Counted from the first letter of the stretch, positions 1 through 10,213 are shown. The stretch is DNA of 64,000 nucleotides from Ferruginibacter sp. (GCA_965247085.1 OZ251999.1:4608859-4672858), one strand, 5' to 3'. Made by a program: numbers and translations. The notes: generated by a model not told the origin, from the letters alone.

Positions 1-1
1 G

Positions 2-1438
2 GGTAACAAACCTAATTTTGCGCAGCAGCAAATTGATAAATACAAAAACTTATATCAAACCATTACTGCCAAAATAAAAGCCCGTATCATCTTTTTTAAT
101 TTTAATGAAATGGATGATGCTGTTTTTGGCAATTTTGCCAATAAAACAGACGTGTCGTTTGTATATCAGCTGCGGAAGATCAACCTGGAGCTGATGCACC
201 TGGCCCAGCAGCTTAAAAATTTATTTATACTGGACATCAATTTATTGCAAAGCCGTTATGGCAACCAGTTCATCACCGACAATAAAATTTACATTAATAC
301 CGACCTGTTATTAAGTATTGACTTTTTGCCCATTATTGCAAAAGGAACACTGGATATTATACAATCTATCAGCGGTAAATTTAAAAAATGCCTGATACTT
401 GACCTGGACAATACCACCTGGGGCGGCATAATTGGTGATGATGGAGTGGAAAATATTCAAATTGGTGATTTGGGTATAGGAAAAGCTTTTTCTGAACTGC
501 AGTTGTGGGCCAAGCAATTAAAACAAAGAGGCATCATTTTGGCTATTTGCAGTAAAAATGATGAAGCCATTGCCAAAGAGCCCTTTGAAAAACATCCGGA
601 TATGATATTGAAGCTGGATGATATCGCTGTTTTTGTAGCCAACTGGAATAACAAAGCAGATAATATTAAGTACATACAAAGCATATTGAATATCGGGTTC
701 GATTCCATGGTTTTTTTAGATGACAATCCTTTTGAAAGGAATATGGTTAGAACAAATATTGCCGACATCACCATACCTGAACTGCCCGAAGACCCGGCAG
801 AATATTTAAATTATATCAGAACGCTGAATCTTTTTGAAACAGCTTCTTTTACCAATGAGGATGAACAACGCACCAAACAATACCAGGAAGAAGCCAACAG
901 GGCGGTTTTGCAACAGCAGTTCACCAATGAGAATGATTTTCTGCAAAGCCTGAACATGATTTCTGTGGTAGAAGCTTTCAACAAGTTCAATACACCAAGG
1001 GTTGCGCAGTTGTCGCAAAGATCTAACCAGTTCAACTTAAGAACGGTACGCTATACCGAAGAAGAAATTGCAACACTTGCAGGCGATCCGAAATACATAT
1101 CCCTGGCTTTTTCATTGGCTGATAAATATGGCGATTACGGACTGATCAGTCTTATAATGATGAAAGAAACACAGCCAGATACGCTTTTTATAGATACCTG
1201 GATCATGAGTTGCCGTGTATTAAAGCGCAATATGGAAAACTTTGTACTGAATACCATGGTTAGCATGGCCAAAGAAAAAGGCTATGGCTTTATAACCGGG
1301 GAGTATTTGCCAACGGCCAAAAACAGTATGGTAAAAGATCATTACCAGGGGCTGGGATTTGCAGCAGACGGCCCCTTATGGAAATTAAATGTAGCAGATT
1401 ATACCAACCGGGAATGTTATATAAAGAAAAGCATTTAA
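2..1438 (+). CDS. FkbH-like HAD-IIIC family enzyme (carrier-protein loading type); 5' end runs off the window
   Basis: The frame is open from nt 2 to the ATG at 110 with no stop, so the gene is probably 5'-truncated by the window. HAD motif I is LILDLDNTTWGG, with later ICSKN and FLDDNP motifs. An ACP gene follows directly. Confidence 0.75.
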   Translation, partial: GNKPNFAQQQIDKYKNLYQTITAKIKARIIFFNFNEMDDAVFGNFANKTDVSFVYQLRKINLELMHLAQQLKNLFILDINLLQSRYGNQFITDNKIYINTDLLLSIDFLPIIAKGTLDIIQSISGKFKKCLILDLDNTTWGGIIGDDGVENIQIGDLGIGKAFSELQLWAKQLKQRGIILAICSKNDEAIAKEPFEKHPDMILKLDDIAVFVANWNNKADNIKYIQSILNIGFDSMVFLDDNPFERNMVRTNIADITIPELPEDPAEYLNYIRTLNLFETASFTNEDEQRTKQYQEEANRAVLQQQFTNENDFLQSLNMISVVEAFNKFNTPRVAQLSQRSNQFNLRTVRYTEEEIATLAGDPKYISLAFSLADKYGDYGLISLIMMKETQPDTLFIDTWIMSCRVLKRNMENFVLNTMVSMAKEKGYGFITGEYLPTAKNSMVKDHYQGLGFAADGPLWKLNVADYTNRECYIKKSI

Positions 1439-1471
1439 AAATTTACTGAAAACATAAAACCAACAACAAAA

Positions 1472-1714
1472 ATGGAAGCAAATGAAATCATCAGCAACCT
1501 GAATACAGTGTTTAATGATGTGCTGGATAACGAAGACATCGTTTTAACAGCGGCCACCACAGCAAATGATATTGAAGAATGGGATTCTATATCACATATA
1601 CAACTGATAGTGGCAATAGAAAAGCATTTTAAAATACGTTTCAACGCATCAGAAATACGTACCTGGAAGAATGTAGGAGAAATGTGTGAATCAATAAAGA
1701 GTAAAATGGCATAA
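1472..1714 (+). CDS. Acyl carrier protein (ACP1)
   Basis: 80 aa and acidic. It has the phosphopantetheine attachment motif EEWDSISHIQL and starts 34 nt after the FkbH-like gene. Confidence 0.85.
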   Translation: MEANEIISNLNTVFNDVLDNEDIVLTAATTANDIEEWDSISHIQLIVAIEKHFKIRFNASEIRTWKNVGEMCESIKSKMA

Positions 1715-1827
1715 GTTTTACATCAGTAATAGTATAATAAAGAGTATGCCTTTATCCACACAGGGTACAGGTTACCACAACCGGAAAGGCAGCAATATTC
1801 TTTTTTGAAAATTAACTTAACAATGAT

Positions 1828-3285
1828 ATGATCTTTAATTCTATTAATTATTTTTTGTTTTTACTGATTGTATTTATAGTATATTATTTACTCCCTAATA
1901 AATTTCGCTGGGTGCTTTTACTGGCAGCCAGTATAGCATTTTATTTAATTGGCGGAGGGGCAAAAACTATTGCGGTACCCATCATCATTATTGTGGCTAC
2001 TTTTTTCTGTGGTAAACTGATAGAAAAAACCACAGATGCCAGGGCAAAGCGTTTGTATTACCTGTCGGGGTTACTCATCAATATCACGTTGCTGATGTTT
2101 TTTAAATACATCAACTTTTTTATTGAAACGGCACTGAATGTATTTGATTACTTTAAAAACCTGAATGCTACTGCTTCAACAGCCATGCACCAGGATCCTG
2201 TAGTGCTGCAGATCATTGTGCCATTGGGTATTTCTTATATCACTTTCCAGGCCATTGGCTATTTGATAGAAGTAAACAGGGGCAGCCTGCCTGCCGAAAA
2301 AAACCTGGGCTTGTTTGCCACCTACCTCATGTTTTTTCCAAAATTATTATCGGGGCCTATTGAACCGGCGCAAAACTTTCTTCCCCAGCTGTATAACAAC
2401 CACGATTTTGATTATACCCAGGTGGTAAAAGGATTGAAGCGCATCCTGTGGGGTCTTTTTTTAAAGTTGGTGGTGGCCAACCGCCTGGAACTGTATACCG
2501 AAGCGGTGTTTAACAATTACAACCATCACTCCGGTACCACCTTGCTGGTGGGCGCATTGTTTTATACCATGCAAATGTTTGCCGATTTTGCCGGCTATAC
2601 CGATATGGCCATTGGATCGGCACAGGTGCTGGGTTTTAAATTAATTGAAAACTTCAACACCCCGTTTATTGCCAAATCTGTTACGGAATTTTGGCGCCGG
2701 TGGCATATTTCACTCTCCTCCTGGGTGAATGAATATATTTATAATCCCATAGCAGTTAATTTACGCAGCTGGAACAAATGGGCAGTGGTAGTGGCTTGTA
2801 TGACCACATTTCTGATTCTCGGTTTTTGGCATGGCCCCAACTGGAACTATATTGTATTTGGTTTTTTGCAGGGCGTTATACTCACGATAGAACTGTTTAC
2901 CCGTAAAAGCCGCAAAAAACTACGGGGTAAAATACCGGCATGGCTGAATTCATTTGTTGGTGTAACGTTTACTTTTTTATATTTCTGTTTTTCGCTCATC
3001 ATTTTCAGGAACATTAACCTGCACAATGCCCTGCTGATAATAAAGAAAATATTTACGAACCGCGGAGCCATTTATTTTGAAAATCCATCGATGATGATCT
3101 TTTCTCTTTTTGGTATTGCCATGGTCATTGCTTTTGAAGTAAAAAGGGCCTATTACAACGACCGCTTTACTTTCTTTAATAATGGGAAATGGCTGGTTAG
3201 AAATTTATCCTATGCCGTATTGGTAATACTGATATTGCTGATAGGCGTTTTTGATGGCGGACAATTCATTTATTTTAAATTTTAA
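1828..3285 (+). CDS. MBOAT family membrane O-acyltransferase (DltB/AlgI-like), copy 1
   Basis: Polytopic, 485 aa. It has the MBOAT signatures FWRRWHISLSSW and LGFWHGPNW (conserved His) and is a paralog of 6760..8199. Confidence 0.9.
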   Translation: MIFNSINYFLFLLIVFIVYYLLPNKFRWVLLLAASIAFYLIGGGAKTIAVPIIIIVATFFCGKLIEKTTDARAKRLYYLSGLLINITLLMFFKYINFFIETALNVFDYFKNLNATASTAMHQDPVVLQIIVPLGISYITFQAIGYLIEVNRGSLPAEKNLGLFATYLMFFPKLLSGPIEPAQNFLPQLYNNHDFDYTQVVKGLKRILWGLFLKLVVANRLELYTEAVFNNYNHHSGTTLLVGALFYTMQMFADFAGYTDMAIGSAQVLGFKLIENFNTPFIAKSVTEFWRRWHISLSSWVNEYIYNPIAVNLRSWNKWAVVVACMTTFLILGFWHGPNWNYIVFGFLQGVILTIELFTRKSRKKLRGKIPAWLNSFVGVTFTFLYFCFSLIIFRNINLHNALLIIKKIFTNRGAIYFENPSMMIFSLFGIAMVIAFEVKRAYYNDRFTFFNNGKWLVRNLSYAVLVILILLIGVFDGGQFIYFKF

Positions 3286-3297
3286 AATATACTTTTT

Positions 3298-4269
3298 TTG
3301 ACACAGGCAATCATTAATAAAATTAAACAAAAGCCTTACCAGCTTTTTGTGGTAAAGCTGCTGGTTTTTATATCGCTGGTATACCTGCTTGATTTTACAG
3401 CAGGTAAGCTGTTGAAATATTTTTATTTTAAGCAGCAAAGCGGGCTGCAGTACCGTACCACGTACTCAATGGAACAAACCCGTGCCGATATCCTGGCATT
3501 TGGCGCCTCCAGGGCCAATCATCATTACCATGCCAGGGTTTTTGAAAGTGATATCCCCAACTATACATTTTACAATGCGGGCAGAGATGGTAATTCTATC
3601 TTTTATCATTATGCCGTACTGAAATCTATTTTACGAAGGTACTCGCCCAAAATTGTGATCCTCGATTTTGAAATTGGATCACTGGCTAAAAACAGTGAGA
3701 GTTATGACAGGCTCTCTTCTTTATTGCCTTATTACAACGATCACCCCGAAATTCGCTCTATTGTAAACCTTAAAAGTGCGTACGAAAAATTTAAATTGTA
3801 TTCTCATATATACCCGTTTAATTCGGCATTGTTTACCATTGCCATTGGAAATGTAGAGATGAATAAATCCAGGGCCAATGATATAAACGGATACGTTCCC
3901 CTGCACGGTATATGGGAAGAGCCCATTGGATACGATACCAATACAGTAAGTAAAAATATACTGGACAGTAACAAGATATCCTGTTACGAGAATTTTATAA
4001 AAGACTGCACCACACGCGGCATTAAAGTATGCATATTTGTGTCACCCTATTTTATCAAATATAAGAATGCTGATTATTCCGTATTAAAGGGACAGGAAAT
4101 TGCAAAGAAATACCATGCAGACTTTTATGACCATACCACCGATACCACATTTACTTCTAACCGGTTATTATTTGCCGACCTGGTGCATTTAAACGACAAT
4201 GGTGCAAAATTGTACAGTAAAATGGTAGTACAAAGTATTTTACAGCATAGATCGCCAGCGATACATTAA
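3298..4269 (+). CDS. Membrane-anchored DltD/AlgJ-like SGNH-fold protein, copy 1 (apparent TTG start)
   Basis: N-terminal TM segment, FGASRANH (G-x-S nucleophile context) and C-terminal DLVHLN (D-x-x-H). It is colinear with paralog 8206..9132. No in-frame ATG lies near the 5' end; the ORF opens on TTG at 3298. Confidence 0.7.
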   Translation: MTQAIINKIKQKPYQLFVVKLLVFISLVYLLDFTAGKLLKYFYFKQQSGLQYRTTYSMEQTRADILAFGASRANHHYHARVFESDIPNYTFYNAGRDGNSIFYHYAVLKSILRRYSPKIVILDFEIGSLAKNSESYDRLSSLLPYYNDHPEIRSIVNLKSAYEKFKLYSHIYPFNSALFTIAIGNVEMNKSRANDINGYVPLHGIWEEPIGYDTNTVSKNILDSNKISCYENFIKDCTTRGIKVCIFVSPYFIKYKNADYSVLKGQEIAKKYHADFYDHTTDTTFTSNRLLFADLVHLNDNGAKLYSKMVVQSILQHRSPAIH

Positions 4270-4352
4270 TAATAATTTGTCAATAAAATAAAAGGCCATT
4301 GCTTCCGTTAATACCCTTTAGTAAGGTATAATGTATTTTTTTTAACCGTATT

Positions 4353-5843
4353 ATGCAGTTATTCGTACAAATTCAAAACATAATTATAAAAAATGCGGAA
4401 AGTAATGCTTTTGTAATTAACTCCGTTACTTACAGTTACCAGCATTTTGCTTCTGCCATTTCAAGTATCCGAAAGGCTGTAGCGGCGCATACCCCCGAAA
4501 GCGAAAAAGTACTGGGCCTGGTTGCAAATGATGATATTGAAACTTATGCAGCCATTATTGCCCTGTGGCTGGAAGGGAAAGCCTATGTACCAATAGATCC
4601 GAACACACCCAGGGACCGTAATGAAAACATTATGCAACAGGCAGGGGTAAACACTATACTGGATTCATCAGATGAACCATTGCTTGCTCAATACCAGTGT
4701 ATAGCCAGCAAAACACTGCCCGATGCCGTAATTGACCTGGTACCCAAACAGGTAAGCGACGAAGAACTGGTATACATTTTATTTACCTCCGGCACTACAG
4801 GGGTACCCAAGGGTGTTCCCATTACCCGTGCCAATCTTACTGGTTTTGTTACTGCTTTTGATGCATTGGGATTTGATATAGATGCCAATGACAGGTGTTT
4901 ACAAATGTTTGATCTTACCTTCGACCTTTCAGTAATGTCTTACCTGGTGCCCATTCTTAAGGGCGCCTGTATCTATACCATACCCAAAAATTCCATTAAA
5001 TACTTATATATTTATGAATTAATGGAAGAACAGCGTATAACGGTTGCCCTGATGGTTCCTTCCATACTTCAAAACCTGCGCCCCTATTTTAATGAAATAA
5101 CGCTGAGCGATATGAAATATAGTTTGTTTTGCGGCGAAGCACTTCCGGCAGATGTAACGGCCGAATGGAGTGCCTGTGTGCCCAATGCCACTATATTGAA
5201 TGTATACGGTCCAACAGAAGACACTATTTTTTGCACACACTATACATATAACAAAACCGGCAGCAATAAAACCTACAACGGTTTGCTTTGTATTGGAAAA
5301 GCCATGCAGGGTTCCATTACGGTGATAGTAGATGAAAATAACCGGATACTGCCCCATGGTAATACCGGGGAACTCTGTTTGGGAGGTATTCAGCTTACCC
5401 CGGGTTACTGGAACAATGCCGAAAAGAACCTGGAAACTTTTTTCACTGCATGCTACCAGGGTAAAGAAGAACGTTTTTATAAAACCGGCGATCTGTGCAG
5501 GGTAGATGAAGCAGGCGACCTGCTGTATATTGGCAGGCTGGATTTTCAAATAAAAGTGCAGGGATTCAGGGTAGAGCTTTCTGAAATAGAATTTCATGCA
5601 AAATCGTACCTGAGTAAGGTCAACGCAGTGGCAGTTGCCAATACCAGCAGCGCAGGAAATACAGAGATTGGGCTGGTGATAGAATCTGCCTCTTTTGATA
5701 CCACAGCACTGAACAGCTACATGAAATCGAAAATGCCGGTGTATATGCTGCCCAAAAAAATACAGTTTGCGGCATCATTCCCTCTTAATAAAAACGGAAA
5801 AACAGACAGGAATAAATTGAGTGAACTATTTAAGGAAATATAA
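4353..5843 (+). CDS. DltA-like adenylate-forming enzyme (carrier-protein ligase)
   Basis: AMP-binding core motif LFTSGTTGVPKGV, YKTGDL and C-terminal NKNGKTDRNKL. At 496 aa it has stand-alone adenylation-domain size and no condensation domain. Confidence 0.85.
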   Translation: MQLFVQIQNIIIKNAESNAFVINSVTYSYQHFASAISSIRKAVAAHTPESEKVLGLVANDDIETYAAIIALWLEGKAYVPIDPNTPRDRNENIMQQAGVNTILDSSDEPLLAQYQCIASKTLPDAVIDLVPKQVSDEELVYILFTSGTTGVPKGVPITRANLTGFVTAFDALGFDIDANDRCLQMFDLTFDLSVMSYLVPILKGACIYTIPKNSIKYLYIYELMEEQRITVALMVPSILQNLRPYFNEITLSDMKYSLFCGEALPADVTAEWSACVPNATILNVYGPTEDTIFCTHYTYNKTGSNKTYNGLLCIGKAMQGSITVIVDENNRILPHGNTGELCLGGIQLTPGYWNNAEKNLETFFTACYQGKEERFYKTGDLCRVDEAGDLLYIGRLDFQIKVQGFRVELSEIEFHAKSYLSKVNAVAVANTSSAGNTEIGLVIESASFDTTALNSYMKSKMPVYMLPKKIQFAASFPLNKNGKTDRNKLSELFKEI

Positions 5844-5845
5844 TT

Positions 5846-6511
5846 ATGGCCGAATACAACATTAGACAGGCAGCAGAAAAAGACATCCCATTTTTGGCAA
5901 AGGCAATTATTGCAGCAGAAAAAGGAAGATCAGATAAACTTAGCTATGCCACATTATTTAATGTTACAGAACAAAGGGTACAGGAGCTGATGATACAGAT
6001 GCTGGAAGAAGACATTGATGGCTGCGAATTTTCGGTCAGCAGTTATTGTGTAGTGGACTATGAAGGAACCCCTGTAGCATCCTCTGCCAGCTGGATAGAA
6101 AATTTTGAAGGTAATATGCCATCGCCTATTCTGAAATCTAACCTGATATTACATACGTTTGATAATGACAGTATCGAATTTTTTAAAACACGGTCTCATA
6201 TTGTAAAGGATATTGTAATTGAAAGAGAACCCTTAAGCCTGCAGCTGGAATACCTGTATATTGCTCCTGATCATATAGGAAAGGGGCTGGATGGTATGAT
6301 GATAGGCAGGTGTATTGAAAATGCACTGGGTGTATATCCTGCATTGAAAAAAGTACAGGGTCAGCTGTTTAAAAACAGCATATTTGCTATTATTGCACTC
6401 CGGAAAATTGGCTTTACACTGGCCAGGTGCTGCAAAGCAGCGGATAGTGATATATTGAATTATATACCCTTTGATGAAAAAATATTAATGGAAAAATTAT
6501 TAAATGCATAA
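5846..6511 (+). CDS. GNAT-like N-acetyltransferase (tentative)
   Basis: LEYLYIAPDHIGKGLDGMMIG resembles GNAT motif A (Q/R-x-x-G-x-G/A). It is wedged between the adenylating enzyme and ACP2, with a 2-nt gap upstream and an 8-nt overlap downstream. Confidence 0.5.
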   Translation: MAEYNIRQAAEKDIPFLAKAIIAAEKGRSDKLSYATLFNVTEQRVQELMIQMLEEDIDGCEFSVSSYCVVDYEGTPVASSASWIENFEGNMPSPILKSNLILHTFDNDSIEFFKTRSHIVKDIVIEREPLSLQLEYLYIAPDHIGKGLDGMMIGRCIENALGVYPALKKVQGQLFKNSIFAIIALRKIGFTLARCCKAADSDILNYIPFDEKILMEKLLNA

Positions 6512-6755
6512 TGTAATGGAGCGGGAAGCAATTGTACAGAAACTGGAACCTGTTTTTAAAAAAGTATTTGGAGATACTGCTTTGGTAATACAAGATGAAT
6601 TAACGGCAAGGGATGTGGAAAATTGGGATTCCCTGTCGCACATGCTGCTGATTACCGAAGTAGAAAATGAATTTGCAATCAAGTTTAAATTAAAAGAGTT
6701 AAATAAAATGGTAAATGTTGGAGCGATGATAGCTATTATTCAATCCAAATTATAG
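6504..6755 (+). CDS. Acyl/peptidyl carrier protein (ACP2, DltC-like position)
   Basis: 83 aa with attachment motif ENWDSLSHMLL, located directly upstream of the second MBOAT. Confidence 0.85.
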   Translation: MHNVMEREAIVQKLEPVFKKVFGDTALVIQDELTARDVENWDSLSHMLLITEVENEFAIKFKLKELNKMVNVGAMIAIIQSKL

Positions 6756-6759
6756 CAGC

Positions 6760-8199
6760 ATGGTATTTACATCGCTCAATTTTCTGTTGTTTTTTCCATT
6801 ACTGGCAATCCTCTACTGGCTTACACCGGTTAAATATAAACTGTACCTGCTGCTGGTGGGCAGCTACTTTTTTTATATCAATGTAAAACCGGTATACGCC
6901 CTGCTACTGGCGGGTGTTACCCTGTCTACTTATTTTTTTACCAATCTAATTGCCGGTGCCCCCAACGAGTCACGCAAAAAAACATTCATGTGGATCAACA
7001 TAGTACTGATCCTGCTGCCCTTATTTTTCTTTAAATATTTTGGCACCATCAATGAAGGTATTTTTAAACTCCTGCAATCGGCCCATATCAGCTGGCCCCT
7101 ACCCGTTATTACATTACTGCTTCCCATCGGTATCTCTTTTTATACTTTTATGGCCATTGGATATACAGTTGATGTATACAATGAAGAAATAGAAGCTGAA
7201 AAAGACATTATACCCGTAGCCCTTTTTATTTCGTTTTTTCCCCTCATATTATCAGGCCCCATTGAGCGGGCCAAAAATATGCTGCCCCAGTTTAAACAAC
7301 TGAAGCCAGCAGATTACCACATGATAAAAACGGGACTAAAAATGATGCTGTGGGGTTATTTTATGAAACTGGTGGTAGCCGACAGGCTGGGAATTTATAT
7401 TGATGTTATTTACCAGAATATTCCACTGCATAACGGTACGTCTTTGTTGCTTGCCAGTTTACTGGTACCCTTTCAGATATATGCCGATCTGGGCGGTTAT
7501 TCACTAATTGCTGTAGGTACGGCAAGCATACTTGGCTTTACGGTAATGCAAAATTTTAACAGGCCATTTTTTGCCAGGTCAATGGCCGACCTGTGGCGGC
7601 GATGGCATATTTCGCTCATTACCTGGTTAACCGATTATGTATACACGCCCCTTACATTTATGTTCAGGAAATATAAACTGGCAGGTATTATTCTGGCGTT
7701 GATGATCACATTTTTATTAAGTGGTATCTGGCATGGTGCCGCACTTACTTTTGTTGTGTGGGGATTAATGCAGGGGGTATACTTAAGCATTGAAGCCTTA
7801 ACCAGCCGCAGGCGGATGCAATTTGAAAAAAAATACAATACCGGTAAAAAAGGCGGGTACATTTTTTTACAGATACTGCTTGTATTTATTTTATTTACCG
7901 CATCTCAAATAGTGGGCAGGGCCGAAAGTGTACCTGCAGCCTGCGAAGTGTTCCGTAAAATTTTTACCGCAACAGGGCCGCTCTTCATTGGTGAAGCTCC
8001 CTCAATTTTAATTTACAGCTTTTTTGGCCTGTTGCTGCTACTTTGTAAAGATGGCCTGGATGAATTTGCACCCACAAAATGTTTATTATTCGAAAATAAA
8101 AATAAGTTTATCAGGGTGATGGCCTATTCCACCATCATCATTTTGATTTTACTGATCGGTGTTTTTGACGGAAGCCAGTTCCTGTATTTTAAATTTTAA
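6760..8199 (+). CDS. MBOAT family membrane O-acyltransferase (DltB/AlgI-like), copy 2
   Basis: LWRRWHISLITW and SGIWHGAAL motifs. Both copies end in LIGVFDG(G/S)QF(I/L)YFKF. Confidence 0.9.
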   Translation: MVFTSLNFLLFFPLLAILYWLTPVKYKLYLLLVGSYFFYINVKPVYALLLAGVTLSTYFFTNLIAGAPNESRKKTFMWINIVLILLPLFFFKYFGTINEGIFKLLQSAHISWPLPVITLLLPIGISFYTFMAIGYTVDVYNEEIEAEKDIIPVALFISFFPLILSGPIERAKNMLPQFKQLKPADYHMIKTGLKMMLWGYFMKLVVADRLGIYIDVIYQNIPLHNGTSLLLASLLVPFQIYADLGGYSLIAVGTASILGFTVMQNFNRPFFARSMADLWRRWHISLITWLTDYVYTPLTFMFRKYKLAGIILALMITFLLSGIWHGAALTFVVWGLMQGVYLSIEALTSRRRMQFEKKYNTGKKGGYIFLQILLVFILFTASQIVGRAESVPAACEVFRKIFTATGPLFIGEAPSILIYSFFGLLLLLCKDGLDEFAPTKCLLFENKNKFIRVMAYSTIIILILLIGVFDGSQFLYFKF

Positions 8200-8205
8200 A
8201 CGGAC

Positions 8206-9132
8206 ATGTTTAAAAAATTAATTTTCAATATTGCAATAGTAGCGGGTGTGGTTTTCATACTCGACCAGGTAATTGGCCGAACCCTGAGGCATTTTTATTT
8301 TAAAGAATCATCGGGCCTGCATTACCGCACTACCTATTCGATGGACAGTACCAGGGCCGAAGTACTGGTTTTTGGTGCCTCCAGGGCCAACCACAGTTAT
8401 GTACCCGAAATATTTGAAGATTCACTGAAAAAAACTTTTTATAATACTGGAAGGGATGGCAATGGTATTTTTTACCAAACGGCATTACTGGAAACCGTTA
8501 TAAAAAGATATATTCCTGCAATCATCATTCTGGAATTTTCCGGCTTCGAAAAAAACCAGGTGGGCTTTGATAAAGTAGCATCGCTGTTACCCTATTACCG
8601 AACCAAGCCGGATATCAGGAAGATAGTTGACGGAGAAGAACCAATGGAAAAGATAAAGCTGCTGTCGGAAATTTACCCTTTCAATTCGCAGGCGCTTACC
8701 ATTGCCGTGGGAAATTTAGACCTGAACAAAAAAAGAACCTACAGCGACAAAGGTTATGTGCCTTTATATGGCGAATGGCCCCACCAACTCAATTCTAATA
8801 AAGGAACCGCTGTTCATGAAACAGACTCCAATAAGGTGAATGCATTCAAAGAATTTATTGCCACCACAAAAAAGACAGGTATTCAGCTGTATGTGGTAAG
8901 CTCGCCGGTTTTTCAAAATCAAAGCAATACAGCAGGAATAGATATTTGCAGAAAAATTTGCCAGCAGGAGCAGGTACCACTCATCAATTTACAAAACGAC
9001 GCCTATTTTTTAAACCATAAAAATTTGTTTAAAGATATTCTGCACCTGAATCATAACGGGGCCATCGAATTCTCTAAAATAATTGCCGGCCGCATCCTTC
9101 ATTTTAATACGAATGGAAGCACTGGAAACTAG
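8206..9132 (+). CDS. Membrane-anchored DltD/AlgJ-like SGNH-fold protein, copy 2
   Basis: N-terminal TM segment, FGASRANHSY and DILHLNHNGA. It shares the YRTTYSM and EIYPFNS blocks with 3298..4269. Confidence 0.7.
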   Translation: MFKKLIFNIAIVAGVVFILDQVIGRTLRHFYFKESSGLHYRTTYSMDSTRAEVLVFGASRANHSYVPEIFEDSLKKTFYNTGRDGNGIFYQTALLETVIKRYIPAIIILEFSGFEKNQVGFDKVASLLPYYRTKPDIRKIVDGEEPMEKIKLLSEIYPFNSQALTIAVGNLDLNKKRTYSDKGYVPLYGEWPHQLNSNKGTAVHETDSNKVNAFKEFIATTKKTGIQLYVVSSPVFQNQSNTAGIDICRKICQQEQVPLINLQNDAYFLNHKNLFKDILHLNHNGAIEFSKIIAGRILHFNTNGSTGN

Positions 9133-9229
9133 TTTATTACATACCCAAAATAATATATCTAAATATTCGTTTTACCTTTATGCCGCCCCAATTCAACAGA
9201 TTGGGGGGCCAACTTATTAAATACAGTAG

Positions 9230-10213
9230 ATGAGCGAAAAGAAATTGTTTTCAAAAGATATTCTTCAAATAGAAGATATCGCTGCAGTGGCAGACCATAT
9301 AGTAACTAAATTAAAGCAGGATGTTTCTTTTCAGCTTAAAAGAAAAGGCGCTATCGTGGGTATCAGCGGTGGAATTGATTCATCGGTGAGCCTGGCACTG
9401 GCCGTAAAAGCACTGGGAGCAGCCAACGTTCTGGGTATCATGATGCCTGAAAAAGATTCCAGTGGCGACAGTAAAATGCTGGCCCTGCAACTGGCTCAAA
9501 AATTTGGGGTGCAAACCCTGGAAGAAAATATTACTGATGCATTGAATGGCTTTGGCTGCTACCAGCGAAGGGACGAAGCTGTAAAAAGGGTTTTCCCCGA
9601 ATACAACCCCGGCTTGTATAAAATGAAAATTGGCGTCAATGCCAAAAGCATTAACAGCAACCTGCCTCCTGCATTTTCAGTTACCATTATTGACGGCACC
9701 GGGGCAGAGCAAAGTAAATTATTGCCCGCCAGTGAATACCTGCAAATTGTTTCGGCATCCAATTTTAAACAACGCTGCCGTATGTCGGTACTGTATTACC
9801 ATGCCGACCGTTTGTATTATGCCGTAATTGGTACGCCCAATAAACACGAAGTGGAACAGGGCTTTTTTGTTAAACATGGCGATGGAGCTGCAGATGTTAT
9901 GCCTATTGCACATTTATATAAAACGCAGGTGTACCAGCTGGCAGCCTATTTAGGTATCCCGGATGAGATCATCCAGCGCCCTCCAACCACCGATACCTAT
10001 TCTGCCGAACAAACCCAGGAAGAATTTTTCTTTCAGCTGCCCTTTAAACAAATGGACCTGATATGGTATGGTTACGAAAACGGCATCGACCCGCTGGAAG
10101 TAGGCCGCGAGCTGGGCAAAACTGCCGATGAGATAAGCGCCATCTATAAAAATTTTGTTCGTAAACAGAAGGCTACCGAATATTTAAGAATGGCACCTGT
10201 TAAGGACTACTAA
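9230..10213 (+). CDS. NAD+ synthetase-like PP-loop ATP pyrophosphatase (NadE family)
   Basis: PP-loop GISGGIDSSVSLALA, at a length typical of NH3-dependent NadE-like enzymes. Its role in this locus is uncertain. Confidence 0.7.
   Translation: MSEKKLFSKDILQIEDIAAVADHIVTKLKQDVSFQLKRKGAIVGISGGIDSSVSLALAVKALGAANVLGIMMPEKDSSGDSKMLALQLAQKFGVQTLEENITDALNGFGCYQRRDEAVKRVFPEYNPGLYKMKIGVNAKSINSNLPPAFSVTIIDGTGAEQSKLLPASEYLQIVSASNFKQRCRMSVLYYHADRLYYAVIGTPNKHEVEQGFFVKHGDGAADVMPIAHLYKTQVYQLAAYLGIPDEIIQRPPTTDTYSAEQTQEEFFFQLPFKQMDLIWYGYENGIDPLEVGRELGKTADEISAIYKNFVRKQKATEYLRMAPVKDY

Noticed and set aside
1744-1768. ATGCCTTTATCCACACAGGGTAC upstream of MBOAT1, whose right half resembles the palindrome right half-site.
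   Set aside because: Only one half-site (CACAGGGTA) is present and the spacing to any left half differs. A single half-site is not enough evidence.
5019-5597. Long antisense ORFs inside well-supported genes. Examples: 5019..5597, 11403..11879, 18828..19337, 20252..20746, 26515..26970, 33459..33914, 34007..34372 and 55160..55882.
   Set aside because: Each lies entirely within a gene on the opposite strand that has strong family motifs. Their translations are low-complexity or Cys/Arg/Phe-rich shadow sequence with no motifs. They are typical shadow ORFs.
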